The notes under the pieces: generated by a model
What the model was told of the DNA's origin: nothing
Databases searched by the model: none
The model's input: only the letters and a program-made list of their open reading frames with translations
In this document: in pieces, positions 13,241-34,610 of the stretch
Numbering within the stretch: the first letter of the stretch is position 1
How the letters are laid out: every line of letters starts with the position of its first letter
Position numbers and translations under genes: made by a program
Source of the DNA: Macrostomum hystrix
Taxonomy: Eukaryota > Animalia > Platyhelminthes
Assembly: GCA_950097015.1 (NCBI GenBank)
Contig: CATNEN010000038.1
Span: 992,001 to 1,056,000, forward strand
Direction of reading: 5' to 3'
DNA: 64,000 nucleotides

Positions 13241-13724
13241 CACTTACATCAAACAAATTTTGAAAGCAATTTTTGCGTGTTTGAATGAGCATCTGGCTGC
13301 AGATTAACAAAGAAATACATTTTATACTATTCAATATAGACAGTTTTAGGTAACTTTATAAAATATATAAATATGTAGATAATAGATATGTATATTAATT
13401 TTCAGATACAGAAAAACAACACAAGCAGATCCAAGCTCTACAGAAATAGCAAAAAACTGGTTCAGTGTTTTGTTTGGTGTGTAAAATAGCTAAATATTAT
13501 AAATTAATAAATAAAAAAACACTATAAAAAGCAACATGCAGAAGAAGCAGAATCTCGGCACAATAGTTAAAAGCAGCTGCTATAATTGTGGGCATTAGCA
13601 GGTGTTCCAACAGGCAGGTAGGAAAGCTGAAACGCTAAATTCGTTAGTTAAAAGAATATTTTTTAGCACTTTTAAAAACTATACAGTCAATATAAAAATA
13701 ATAATGTGGAAGGCGTTTGGAGAA

Positions 13725-14130
13725 TAGGCAGAACGGTAGGTCGGTAGGTAGATAGGAAGGTAGGCAAAAGGTAGGTCAGTAGCTAGATAAAAAGGTAGGC
13801 AAAAAGGTAGGTCGGTAGGTAGATAGGAAGGTAGGCAAAGAGGTAGGTCGATAGGAAGATGGAAGCTAGGCAGATAGATAGGTGGGTATAAGTGGAAGGT
13901 AGGCAGAAAGGTAGATAGCCAGATAGGAAGGTAGGCAAAAAGGTAGGTCGGTAGGTAGATAAGAAGGTAGGCAAAAAGGTAGGTCAGTAGCTAGATAAAA
14001 AGGTAGGCAAAGAGGTAGGTCGATAGGAAGATGGAAGCTAGGCAGATAGATAGGTGGGTATAAGTGGAAGGTAGGCAGAAAGGTAGATAGCCAAATAGGA
14101 AGGTAGGTTGGTGGGTAGATACACAAGGGT
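13725..14130. repeat. Compound (AGGT/AGAT/AGGC)n simple repeat with internal block duplication
   Basis: Seen directly. Confidence 0.8.
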
Positions 14131-14819
14131 AGGCAGTCAGGCTGCAGTGCAGAAGCACCTCAAACTACAAAACAAGGACCTCCAACTAATAATCTTCTGG
14201 GATATGAAGATGCAGGACTCAAAATGGCCCGGCAAAAATTCGACTCAACCAAAGATTGAAGAAGCTGCGAGGTCTGGGAGATCAGCTGCATTAGCACAGC
14301 ACAAATATTGGAGACGCATAACTGATGGTAAATAGTGAGCACACAAATTGATATTGTTTGAACGAATGAATGACCAGGTTTTAACAGCGGTCGCAAAGCT
14401 GCAGGAAGAAGGCAACAGAAAAACAAAAAATAGTTTGTTTAAACAATCAACTGCAGAGCTTTAGCAAGCTGCATAGCAACCATGTGAGTCTCGAGGCGAT
14501 AAATATTGAGCTAATAGAACAGGTAGCACATTTGCTCCAAGTAAAAACACACTACTAACAGTAGTAACTGAGCGAGCGAAACGGCAAGTGGCTTAATTAA
14601 AAGAGATTTCGAAGAAATTTTTGCAAAATAATCGAGCATTTTATTACACAAATTTCAATCTGACCTCGAGGTTGAATCGCAGAGCGGGGAAGCACAGTTT
14701 AAAACAACAGGTTTTATACAGAGAACGATATTGAGATTAGCAACTCGAAGCTTAAGATGGAAAGATTCTGGCAACTGTTTGTGAAGTCTGTGAACCGCAG
14801 GATTTGAAATGAGGAATTG

Positions 14820-15320
14820 CAATTTCCTAGAATTTCTAAGAATCTGGCAATTAAAGAACTGGGTTTTCTAAGAATCTTGGAGATTTGAGCAACTCGGATT
14901 TCTAAGAAACAGGGAAATTAAAGAACTGGGTTTTCTAAGAATCTGGGAGATGAACTAATGGAGTTTCTAAGAATACAGGAGATTTGAGCAACTCTGATTT
15001 CTAAGAAACAGGGAAATTAAAGAACTGGGTTTTCTAAGAATCTTGGAGATTTGAGCAACTCGGATTTCTAAGAAACAGGGAAATTAAAGAACTAGGTTTT
15101 CTAAGAATCTGGGAGATTTGAGCAACTCGGATTTCTAAGAATTTGGGAGATTTGAGTAACTCGGATTTTTAAGAAACAGGGAAATTAAAGAACCGCGTCT
15201 TCTAAGAATCTGGGAGATTTGAGCAACTATGATTTCTAAGAAACACGGAAATTAAAGAACTGGGTTTTCTAAGAATCTGGGAGATGAACTAATGGAGTTT
15301 CTAAGAATACAGGAGACTTA
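14820..15320. repeat. Degenerate ~33-bp repeat with conserved TTCTAAGAA core
   Basis: ~14 copies of ttctaagaa at ~33-nt spacing; related sequence at ~20630-20810. Confidence 0.8.
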
Positions 15321-15611
15321 AGCAAATCATGTTTATAATAACTTTGGAGCTTTGAGGGACACGGATTTTAATTAATATAAAATATTACGGAATTTTAAAT
15401 TTCGAGATATAATGAACTAGGATCATAAATATTGATGAGATTCGACAATATGGGATCTCAAAAACTAAAATGCTACAATTTTCCCTACGTAAATGTTACA
15501 GAGCCGAAGAATCACTAATACTCGCAAAAGTGAAAATTTGAAACTTTGTAAATGAGATCAAATGAACTGAAAAGCTGGTAGTTGCTTATAAATAATATAC
15601 TCCAAGTGCAA

Positions 15612-23320
<7,709 letters not shown>

Positions 23321-23494
23321 CTGGAATATGAGATGGCAAAAATGTAAGCAATGAGACAGCCTCTATTGCCTGGTGTGCCTACAAAATACCAAGTCAGCAA
23401 GCTTTATTTATTTACTCGTAGCAGCTAATTAGCAAATTTTAATTTTTAAGATAAATTCAAAATCTAAAACTAAACAAATTGCCTATGTGTTATT

Positions 23495-23925
23495 TGAGTG
23501 GGAATGAGCAGCGTCATGATTGGGAATGAGCAGTGTCATGATTGGGAATAAGCAGTGTCATGATTGGGAATGAGCAGTGTCATGAACTGAATGAGCAGTG
23601 TCATGAACTGAATGAGCAGTGTCATGAACTGAATGAGCAGTGTCATGAACTGAATGAGCAGTCTCATGAACTGAATGAGCAGTGTCATGAACTGAATGAG
23701 CAGTCTCATGAACTGAATGAGCAGTGTCATGATTGGGAATGAGCAGTGTCATGATTGGGAATGAGCAGTGTCATGATTGGGAATGAGCAGTGTCATGATT
23801 GGGAATGAGCAGTGTCATGATTGGGAATGAGCAGTGTCATGATTGGGAATGAGCAGTGTCATGATTGGGAATGAGCAGTGCCATGAACTGAATGAGCAGT
23901 GTCATGAACTGAATGAGCAGCGTCA
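23495..23925. repeat. 21/22-bp minisatellite (GAATGAGCAGTGTCATGAACT / ...GATTGG)n
   Basis: Direct periodicity with two unit variants. Confidence 0.95.
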
Positions 23926-24357
23926 TGAGCGAAAAGACTTGCAAACCCGTAATTCTAAGAGTAAAAAAGTTCACAAGATCAACACACCACGACAGGCTCT
24001 AAAAATGGGGTACAATCAGAAAATTATTCTCACCGGAAACAGAAACGGTAGCGCCAAGGGATGAGTAGAGTTTAACAGATTGAATGACATGATCAGCTAA
24101 TTGAAACTGACCAACCGACTAGCTTAGATATGGCCTTGCCTTGGTTTGTTTTGGGTTTGAGTGTCACTGCATGCGTGGCTAACAAAAACTTGAATTCAAG
24201 GGAGACAAAAACCAGCAGGGGGCCTGTGAAATACACTGGCCAAGGCGGTCGAAGAAAACAGATCCCAAATGGCTGGGAAATGTCTTGGCATGGGCATGAA
24301 ACTAGCAACCAGCTAATCCGCCAATGGGAAGAGGACCACAGCGGCCGATATCCACAG

Positions 24358-24672
24358 CGGATTATGAAATCCTTTCAGGATTATGAAATCCTTTCAGGAT
24401 TATGAAATCCTTTCAGGATTATGAAATCCTTTCAGGATTATGAAATCCTTTCAGGATTATGAAATCCTTTCAGGATTATGAAATCCTTTCAGGATTATGA
24501 AATCCTTTCAGGATTATGAAATCCTTTCAGGATTATGAAATCCATTCAGGATTATGAAATCCATTCAGGATTATGAAATCCTTTCAGGAGTGTGAAATCC
24601 TTTCAGGATTATGAAATCCTTTCAGGATTATGAAATCCTTTCAGGATTATGAAATCCTTTCAGGAGTGTGAA
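24358..24672. repeat. 19-bp minisatellite (GATTATGAAATCCTTTCAG)n
   Basis: Direct periodicity. Confidence 0.95.
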
Positions 24673-25834
24673 AAGATCATGTTACCCTTGTGAGGTCATG
24701 TAATTATTGTGGGATTATGTAACCCTTTTGAGATCATGAAATCCTTGTGAAATAAAAACTCACCTCCTTGGGTCTGTGAGATTAATCCCATATCCTAACC
24801 ACACGGGTACAGCTAGCTCGCCAAATGCATCTCAGCTGACAGGAGCGGCACAATGGGTGACCGGGCAGAAGGCCTTAGAAAAGGATGACAATGACTAGAA
24901 GAACAGGCAGAATAATTTTCGCATGCCACGCGGCACGGCAAAGAAGCAATGAGTAATGACAGTGCTGATTTCTAGTGAAAGCCGATACACGGTAACAGAT
25001 GCGCTGGGCAGCCATTATTCACTGATAATCTTACAATGAACCCAAACGGTGAATTAGGCTGAAAGGCGCGCACACAAAAAACTGTCGCTGGGTGGGATAA
25101 AAGAGAGACAGAGAAAGTAACGGATGATCTTCCCGGTAAAAGAAGGCCACCTACCAATCTCCCTAGTTGCAGATATCGCAATATCGTCAGCGGGCGATTA
25201 GTAAAGTGGAAGCAGAGAGGGAGAGGTGGCTGCAAATTGGCCGCGCTGTTTTCAAAGCAGGGGAAACTTTTTCTTGCGAAAGAATCGGAATGAGAGATGC
25301 GGCGGGAGCGGCATCGTGCGGCTCTTCTGTCATCGTCGTTAATTTTTTGCTGCTTCTGTTTAAGTCTCGGCATGATGGTCTGGGAGCCTTGGGAGATGAT
25401 ATTTGCCTGTTCCTCTAAAGCTAGGTCGTATAATTTCTCCCATTTTCCCTGGCGCAGCGGGCCATTGGGTCATTTATCACCTCACGGGCGGCCGTGTATG
25501 TGGGGGGGGGGGGTCAAGGGGGAGAGGGATGAGGGGCGCCCGAGACCGCAGCGGGAAAAATGCGGCGAGAACAAACTGGGAAAAAAGAGACGAAAGCAAC
25601 AACAATTTCCAAATCTGGGATCTGCCAGTGTTGCAGCGGCGGAAGATTTAAAACAATGAAGCTAGATCATTGGCGATGGAGACACGGGCTGTGGCATGCA
25701 AAAAGTGTATTATGTAAAGACGCAAGACGCAAATGCCAGCTCGCCTTATCGGTTGCGTTGGTCTATAAAACAGGCTGGATTATTTCAATAGTGAAATTGT
25801 CTGCGCCCCACTGAAGGCTGTAAAACTGCAACGC

Positions 25835-26048
25835 AGTGACCTCCACTGAGCCCCTGTCTAGCTGGGAGCCATTGAGGGCCAACCTCAAAGGCACAGAAAA
25901 TTTTACACTGCCTGTCAAAGAGAAAGTTAGGGCAGATGAGCACACCTGTGTCCGTGTGTGCTCAGGAGCCAGCGAAATGGGCAGAATTGCCTCCACGCTG
26001 GGTGCGGGTCTAGAATCACCAAATGATGTGCCGTTTCCCACAGCCCTC
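25835..26048 (+). mobile_element. SINE family B, 3' part
   Basis: ttgagggccaacctc...tgtgtgctcaggagccagcgaaatgggcagaattgcctcc...gggtctagaatcaccaaatgatgtgcc matches family B. Confidence 0.75.
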
Positions 26049-26049
26049 C

Positions 26050-26245
26050 GAGTCAAGTGTGTTGCTAAAAGACACAATTTTTTTTCCAGTAGAGTCGGGA
26101 ATCGAACCCCGGACCTTCAAGTCGTTAGTCCGACGCTCATAGACAATGGACTGTCCATGGACTGAACAGCTGTACACACGACCTTTGGAAGCGCAGCGCA
26201 ATAGCTGCGGCTGTGGCACTGGCTGTACATCTAGCCCAACTGGGT
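26050..26245. mobile_element. SINE family A, rearranged: tRNA head on minus strand (26050-26153) fused to plus-strand 3' body (26153-26245)
   Basis: Reverse complement reads ...gacttgaaggtccggggttcgattcccgact...tgtgtcttttagcaacacactt; then forward gtccatggactgaacagctgtac...ctgcggctgtg. Confidence 0.75.
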
Positions 26246-27069
26246 TAGGTGTAAGGGCAAACCAGAGATTCGAACTCCGGACCTACTGAAGCTTCGGATG
26301 GGTTAATTGGCACAGAGCCACGAGGACACAAAAATCGACCACCAGGGTAAAGTCCCCAGAAACCGAAGGGGAAAAGTCGGCAGACAGAGAAGCTTGGGAG
26401 CCACACTTTACAATAGGGCAGTTCCACATTGGAAGGTGTTAAGAAGGCCGGTTTGGCAGTAGAATTAGCGAGTTGCAGCGCTAATCGCTGGCTCGGGCGG
26501 TGATTCTTCTTCAACTTTAGCGCGCCACAGAAGCAAGACGGGAGAGGGGAGAAGTTAATTATCTGACTCGGGGGGCGCCACCAAGCCTGGTGATGATCCC
26601 CAGTTGCTATAAAATCAGAGACAGAAGACAGGTTTATAGCGTTCCCGACAAAAACTGCCAACAACATCCAAGAAATCCCACAGGGCCGCAACCAGAGCCT
26701 CTGCACTAGTGGACCGAAAGCCACAGAAAAGAATCTTGGCAAAAAGAAACATCCTGCCAAAACATCCCCTCCCCCGCCCGCTTGGCACTGGGAGTTTCTT
26801 CCCATTCTTCTGCGCTTCGCCGGCAAAGCTCTGAAGGGCAATTAACGACAAAGGGAAAAAAACCCACTTCACTCCCTCACCCGAAATATTTTGCAGTGTC
26901 TTACTTTCTAGCATGGGCTAACACTGCCCTAACTCTGCGCCTGCCAAATGGGTCAATCAGCTGATTTATCCCCACAACCTTCTGGCTTCCAATTGTATCC
27001 CATTCCTGCTGCCTTGTTCCACTGCCTACCTTAACCACTTGCTTACCTTCTGTCCACATGACAATAATT

Positions 27070-28805
27070 CTACCCAGTCTCTTACCCCTTCTGACCCACT
27101 CTCCTACCCCTTCTGACCCACTCTCCTACCTCTTCTAACCCACTCTCCTACCCCTTCTGACCAAGTCTCCTACCTCTACTGACCCAGTCTCCTATCCCTT
27201 CTGACCCAGTCTCCTACCCCTTCTGACCTACTCTACTACCTCTTCTGACTCACTCTCCTACCTCTTCTGACCCAGTCTCTTACCCCTTCTGACCCAGTCT
27301 CCTACCTCTTCTGACCCAGTCTCCTACCCCTTCTGACCCAGTCTCCTACCTCTTCTGACCCACTCTCCTACCCCTTCTGACCCAGTCTCCTACCTCTTCT
27401 GACCCAGTCTCTTACCCCTTCTGACCCAGTCTCCTACCTCTTCTGACCCAGTCTCTTACCCCTTCTGACCCAGTCTCCTACCTCTTCTGACCCAGTCTCC
27501 TACCCCTTCTGACCCAGTCTCCTACCTCTTCTGACCCACTCTCCTACCTCTTCTGACCCACTCTCCTAACTCTACTGACCCAGTCTCTAAACACTTCTTA
27601 CCCAGTCTCCTACCCCTTTTAACCCACTCTCCTACCTCTTCTGACCCAGTCTCTTACCCCTTCTGACCCAGTCTCCTACCTCTTCTGACCCAGTCTCCTA
27701 CCCCTTCTGACCCACTCTCCTACCCCTTCTGACCCAGTCTCCTACCCCTTCTAACCCAGTCTCCTACCCCTTCTGACCCAGTCTCCTACCTCTACTGACC
27801 CAGTCTCCTATCCCTTCTGACCCAGTCTCCTACCCCTTCTGACCTACTCTACTACCTCTTCTGACTCACTCTCCTACCTCTTCTGACCCAGTCTCTTACC
27901 CCTTCTGACCCAGTCTCCTACCTCTTCTGACCCAGTCTCCTACCCCTTCTGACCCAGTCTCCTACCTCTTCTGACCCACTCTCCTACCCCTTCTGACCCA
28001 GTCTCCTACCTCTTCTGACCCAGTCTCTTACCCCTTCTGACCCAGTCTCCTACCTCTTCTGACCCAGTCTCTTACCCCTTCTGACCCAGTCTCCTACCTC
28101 TTCTGACCCAGTCTCCTACCCCTTCTGACCCAGTCTCCTACCTCTTCTGACCCACTCTCCTACCTCTTCTGACCCACTCTCCTAACTCTACTGACCCAGT
28201 CTCTAAACACTTCTTACCCAGTCTCCTACCCCTTTTAACCCACTCTCCTACCTCTTCTGACCCAGTCTCTTACCCCTTCTGACCCAGTCTCCTACCTCTT
28301 CTGACCCACTCTCCTACCTTTTCTGACCTACTCTCCTACCTCTTCTGACTCACTCTCCTACCTCTTCTGACCCAGTCTCCTACCCCTTCTGACCCAGTCT
28401 CCTACCCCTTCTAACCCACTCTCCTACCTCTTCTGACCCACTCTCCTACCTCTTCTAACCCACTCTCCTACCTCTTCTGACCCACTCTCCTACCTCTTCT
28501 GACCCAGTCTCCTACCCCTTCTGACCCAGTCTCCTACCCCTTCTAACCCACTCTCCTACCTCTTCTGACCCACTCTCCTACCTCTTCTGACCCACTCTCC
28601 TACCTCTTCTGACCCACTCTCCTACCTCTTCTGACCCAGTCTCCTACCTCTTCTAACCCACTCTCCTACCTCTTCTGACCCACTCTCCTACCTCTTCTGA
28701 CCCAGTCTCCTACCTCTTCTGACCCAGTCTCCTACCCCTTCTGACCCAGTCTCCTACCTCTTCTGACCCAGTCTCCTACCCCTTCTGACCCAGTCTCCTA
28801 CCCCT
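27070..28805. repeat. 22-bp minisatellite (TTCTGACCCAGTCTCCTACCCC)n with 616-bp higher-order duplication
   Basis: Period 22; rare variant block at 27171 recurs at 27787 (28 units). Confidence 0.95.
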
Positions 28806-29499
28806 TAAACTCTGCAAGGCACTCTAACTGAATATATCTACCTTCTTAACAGTTATTTTTCGTGTAACTTCATTACAAACAAATTTGTCAACACAAATTT
28901 AACTACAATCTGCAACCTAGAAGCAATATCAAGAATAGCAATGCAAGAATAGACAATAAAAAATAATTAGACAGTAAACAATAGCAGGACGATAAAAATA
29001 CGCGGAAAATACGGATTCTATATTCATCTATAAGTTTATTTATAATTCTAATTTTACAAATATGTTTCCAAAAAACGATACTCAGCTCTGTATGCCAACA
29101 ATTGATTAAAATTTGTGCAAATTATGAATAAACATTTTAATATATAAATACACAAAAAACGCAATGTGGGCGTTAAACTTTTGAAATCTGCTTGAAAAAT
29201 AAGTAAATTAATTAAATAAGATTATTGATTGCTATTAAAAAATGTTTCGGTTAGAAATCTAAGAAATTTGCTACTAGGCAGAAAATAGATGAAATCATAA
29301 ATTGGCAAACGAAGATAAGAAATCATGAATTAGTTATCTGTAAAGAAATTTAATTGATTTTTAATCAATACGTTTAGTGATTATCAAATCATTAAAGGGA
29401 AAACTGGTAGGACAATGCTGGCAGAATTTACAAATAAGCAGAATTTGCAGAAAATGAAATCTACGCACTACAATTGACCCGCATTTTTTAATACCAGCC

Positions 29500-30530
29500 T
29501 TATTAGCCTAGTGACTCACTCATTAGCCTAGTGACTCACTCATTAGCCTAGTGACTCACTCATTAGCCTAGTGACTCACTCATTAGCCTAGTGACTCACT
29601 AACTCATTAGCCTAGTGACTCACTCATTAGCCTAGTGACTCACTCATTAGCCTAGTGACTCACTAACTCATTAGCCTTGGGACTCACTCATTAGCCTAGT
29701 GACTCACTCATTAGCCTAGTGACTCACTCATTAGCCTAGTGACTCACTCATTAGCCTAGTGACTCACTCATTAGCCTAGTGACTCACTCATTAGCCTAGT
29801 GACTCACTCATTAGCCTAGTGACTCACTCATTAGCCTAGTGACTCACTCATTAGCCTAGTGACTCACTCATTAGCCTAGTGACTCACTCATTAGCCTAGT
29901 GACTCACTCATTAGCCTAGTGACTCACTCATTAGCCTAGTGACTCACTAACTCATTAGCCTAGTGACTCACTCATTAGCCTAGTGACTCACTAACTCATT
30001 AGCCTTGTGACTCACTCATTAGCCTAGTGACTCACTCATTAGCCTAGTGACTCACTCATTAGCCTAGTGACTCACTCATTAGCCTAGTGACTCACTCATT
30101 AGCCTAGTGACTCACTCATTAGCCTAGTGACTCACTCATTAGCCTAGTGACTCACTCATTAGCCTAGTGACTCACTCATTAGCCTAGTGACTCACTCATT
30201 AGCCTAGTGACTCACTTATTAGCCTAGTGACTCACTCATTAGCCTAGTGACTCACTCATTAGCCTAGTGACTCACTCATTAGCCTAGTGACTCACTCATT
30301 AGCCTAGTGACTCACTCATTAGCCTAGTGACTCACTCATTAGCCTAGTGACTCACTCATTAGCCTAGTGACTCACTCATTAGCCTAGTGACTCACTCATT
30401 AGCCTAGTGACTCACTCATTAGCCTAGTGACTCACTCATTAGCCTAGTGACTCACTAACTCATTAGCCTAGTGACTCACTCATTAGCCTAGTGACTCACT
30501 CATTAGCCTAGTGACTCACTCATTAGCCTA
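29500..30530. repeat. 20-bp minisatellite (CATTAGCCTAGTGACTCACT)n
   Basis: ~50 near-identical copies. Confidence 0.95.
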
Positions 30531-31259
30531 AAATTAAAGAAGATATACGCAAAAATTAAAACGTAGAAACTGAGAAACTACACCACTGGAAGAATTGTAT
30601 TGTTGTTAAGGATCACGCAAAGCTACAAAGTTGTACAAAAGAGACTAGTTGCTAGCGGACAATCATCAAAGTGCCAATAAAATAAAGGTGCGGCAAAAAT
30701 TTTTATAAAGAATGCTAAAAACACCTTCATGGAGCCACAAAAGCAGAATGGTGATAGGGAAAGATTAATTAATAAATTTCAAAGGACTCGATAACAGATT
30801 TATATTTCTAAAGGCTAAACATGCAAGAAAAATACAAAACTAACACACTGTGAAATGACAAAAATGTAGTTTCAAAATTAAAAATGCAGAAAAGCAGTAA
30901 CGGATGAATAACAATAATAACACAACGACATCTAAACCAAACAGAAAATATGAATTAATCTATATCGTAAAAAACTTTTGTGTACAACCACACAGACGGG
31001 CAAAATGATTTAGAATGCAGAAACAAAAAATTACATTACTGTTACAGTATACAATGACAGATAGACAGGAACACACATACACTACTTAGTCAGAAACTGT
31101 GCCAGTAGTATATTGATCGATTGAAATTATTCGTTTTGTACAATCGAAATAAAACATCTGCAGCAATTATCAAAATCACACCATAGTGAGGTATGGAACA
31201 GGATTGATTAGAAATAATTGACGGAGTTCATTGTAAATCGCCGACTTTTTGTTTCGTCA

Positions 31260-34200
31260 GATTAGAAAATCGCCGAATTACTATCGATAAAAAAAACTTC
31301 AGAGGAAAAGAAATTCGCGGATTTATTGAAAATTCAAAGGATTAGAAAATCGCCGATTTATTGGAAATTCAGAGGATTAGAAAATCGCCGATTTATTGAA
31401 AATTCAGAGAATTAGAAAATCGCCGATTTATTGAAAATTCAGAGAATTAGAAATTCGCCGATTTATAGGAAATTCAGAGGATTAGAAAATCGCCGATTTA
31501 TTGGAAATTCAGAGGATTAGAAAATCGCCGATTTATTGAAAATTCAGAGAATTAGAAAATCGCCGATTTATTGAAAATTCAGAGAATTAGAAAATCGCCG
31601 ATTTATTGAAAATTCAGAGGATTAGAAAATCGCCGATTTATTGGAAATTCAGAGGATTAGAAAATCGCCTATTTATTGGAAATTCAGAGGATTAGAAAAT
31701 CGCCGATTTATTGGAAATTCAGAGAATTAGAAAATCGCCGATTTATTGAAAATTCAGAGAATTAGAAAATCGCCGATTTATTGAAAATTCAGAGAATTAG
31801 AAAATCGCCGATATATTGGAAATTCAGAGGAATAGAAAATCGCCGATTTATTGAAAATTCAGAGGATTAGAAAATCGCCGATTTATTGGAAAGTCAGAGA
31901 ATTAGAAAATCGCCGATTAATTGGAAATCAGAGAATTAGAAAATCGCCGATTTATTGGAAATTCAGAGAATTAGAAAATCGCCGATTTATTGGAAATTCA
32001 GAGAATTAGAAAATGGCCGATTTATTGAAAATTCAGAGAATTAGAAAATCGCCGATTTATAGGAAATTCATAGGATTAGAAAATCGCCGATTTATTGAAA
32101 ATTCAGAGAATTAGAAAATCGCGGATTTATTGAAAATTCAGAGAATTAGAAAATCGCCGATTTATTGAAAATTCAGAGAATTAGAAAATCGCCGATTTAT
32201 TGAAAATTCATAGGATTAGAAAATCGCCGATTTATTGAAAATTCAGAGAATTAGAAAATCGCCGATTTATTGAAAATTCAGAGGATTAGAAAATCGCCGA
32301 TTTATTGGAAAATCGGAGAATAAGAAAATCGCCTATTTATTGAAAATTCAGAGAATTAGAAAATCGCCGATTTATTGGAAAATCGGAGAATAAGAAAATC
32401 ACCGATTAATTGGAAATCAGAGAATTAGAAAATCGCCGATTTATAGGAAATTCATAGGATTAGAAAATCGCCGATTTATTGAAAATTCAGAGAATTAGAA
32501 AATCGCGGATTTATTGAAAATTCAGAGAATTAGAAAATCGCCGATTTATTGAAAATTCAGAGAATTAGAAAATCGCCGATTTATTGAAAATTCAGAGAAT
32601 TAGAAAATCACCGATTTATTGAAAATTCAGAGAATTAGAAAATCGCCGATTTATTGAAAATTCATAGGATTAGAAAATCGCCGATTTATTGAAAATTCAG
32701 AGAATTAGAAAATCGCCGATTTATTGAAAATTCAGAGGATTAGAAAATCGCCGATTTATTGGAAAATCGGAGAATAAGAAAATCGCCGATTTATTGAAAA
32801 TTCAGAGAATTAGAAAATCGCCGATTTATTGGAAAATCGGAGAATAAGAAAATCACCGATTAATTGGAAATCAGAGAATTAGAAAATCGCCGATTTATAG
32901 GAAATTCATAGGATTAGAAAATCGCCGATTTATTGAAAATTCAGAGAATTAGAAAATCGCCGATTTATTGAAAATTCAGAGGATTAGAAAATCGCCGATT
33001 TATTGGAAAATCGGAGAATAAGAAAATCGCCGATTTATTGAAAATTCAGAGAATTAAAAAATCGCCGATTTATTGGAAAATCGGAGAATAAGAAAATCAC
33101 CGATTAATTGGAAATCAGAGAATTAGAAAATCGCCGATTTATAGGAAATTCATAGGATTAGAAAATCGCCGATTTATTGGAAAGTCAGAGTATTAGAAAA
33201 TTGCCGATTTATTGGAAAATCGGAGAATAAGAAAATCATCGATTAATTGGAAATCAGAGAATTAGAAAATCGCCGATTTATTGAAAATTCAGAGAATTAG
33301 AAAATCGCCGATTTATTGAAAATTCAGAGAATTAGAAAATCGCCGATATATTGGAAATTCAGAGGAAAAGAAAATCGCCGATTTATTGGAAAGTCAGAGT
33401 ATTAGAAAATCGCCGATTTATTGGAAAGTCAGAGTATTAGAAAATTGCCGATTTATTGGAAAATCGGAGAATAAGAAAATCATCGATTAATTGGAAATCA
33501 GAGAATTAGAAAATCGCCGATTTATTGAAAATTCAGAGGATTAGAAAATCGCCGATTTATTGAAAATTCAGAGAATTAGAAAATCGCCGATTTATTGGAA
33601 AGTCAGAGAATTAGATAATCGCCGATTTATTGGAAAGTCAGAGAATTAGAAAATCGCCGATTTATTGGAAAGTCAGAGAATTAGAAAATCGCCGATTTAT
33701 TGAAAATTCAGAGAATTAGAAAATCGCCGATTTATTGGAAAATCGGAGAATAAGAAAATCGCCGATTTATTGAAAATTCAGAGAATTAGAAAATCGCCGA
33801 TTTATTGGAAAGTCAGAGAATTAGAAAATCGCCGATTTATTGGAAAATCGGAGAATAAGAAAATCACCGATTAATTGGAAATCAGAGAATTAGAAAATCG
33901 CCGATTTATTGGAAATTCAGAGAATTAGAAAATCGCCGATTTATTGGAAATTCAGAGAATTAGAAAATCGCCGATTTATTGAAAATTCAGAGAATTAGAA
34001 AATCGCCGATTTATTGGAAATTCAGAGAATTAGAAAATCGCCGATTTATTGAAAATTCAGAGAATTAGAAAATCGCCGATTTATTGAAAATTCATAGGAT
34101 TAGAAAATCGCCGATTTATTGAAAATTCAGAGAATTAGAAAATCGCCTATTTATTGGAAATTCATAGGATTAGAAAATCGCCGATTTCTTGAAAATTCAG

Positions 34201-34610
34201 AGAATTAGAAAATCGCCGATTTATTGGAAAGTCAGAGAATTAGAAAATCGCCGATTTATTGGAAAGTCAGAGAATTAGAAAATCGCCGATTTATTGGAAA
34301 GTCAGAGAATTAGAAAATCGCCGATTTATTGAAAATTCAGAGGATTTGAAAATCGCCGATTTATTGGAAAGTCAGAGAATTAGAAAATCGCCGATTTATT
34401 GAAAATTCAGAGGATTTGAAAATCGCCGATTTATTGGAAAGTCAGAGAATTAGAAAATCGCCGATTTATTGGAAAGTCAGAGAATTAGAAAATCGCCGAT
34501 TTATTGAAAATTCAGAAAATTAGAAAATGGCCGATTTATTGGAAATTCAGAGAATTAGAAAATCGCCGATTTATTGAAAATTCAAAGGATTAGAAAAACG
34601 CCTGTTTATT
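31260..34610. repeat. 35-bp AT-rich satellite (TTAGAAAATCGCCGATTTATTGAAAATTCAGAGAA)n
   Basis: 3.3-kb direct periodicity. Confidence 0.95.

Noticed and set aside
24764-24895. Possible further upstream Su(H) coding exon (strong GAG|gtgagt donor)
   Set aside because: The frame needed to join the 23320 acceptor contains a stop; may be a UTR exon but cannot be supported as CDS
26255-26300. Isolated B-box-like GTTCGAATC on minus strand
   Set aside because: No convincing cloverleaf or second copy in the window
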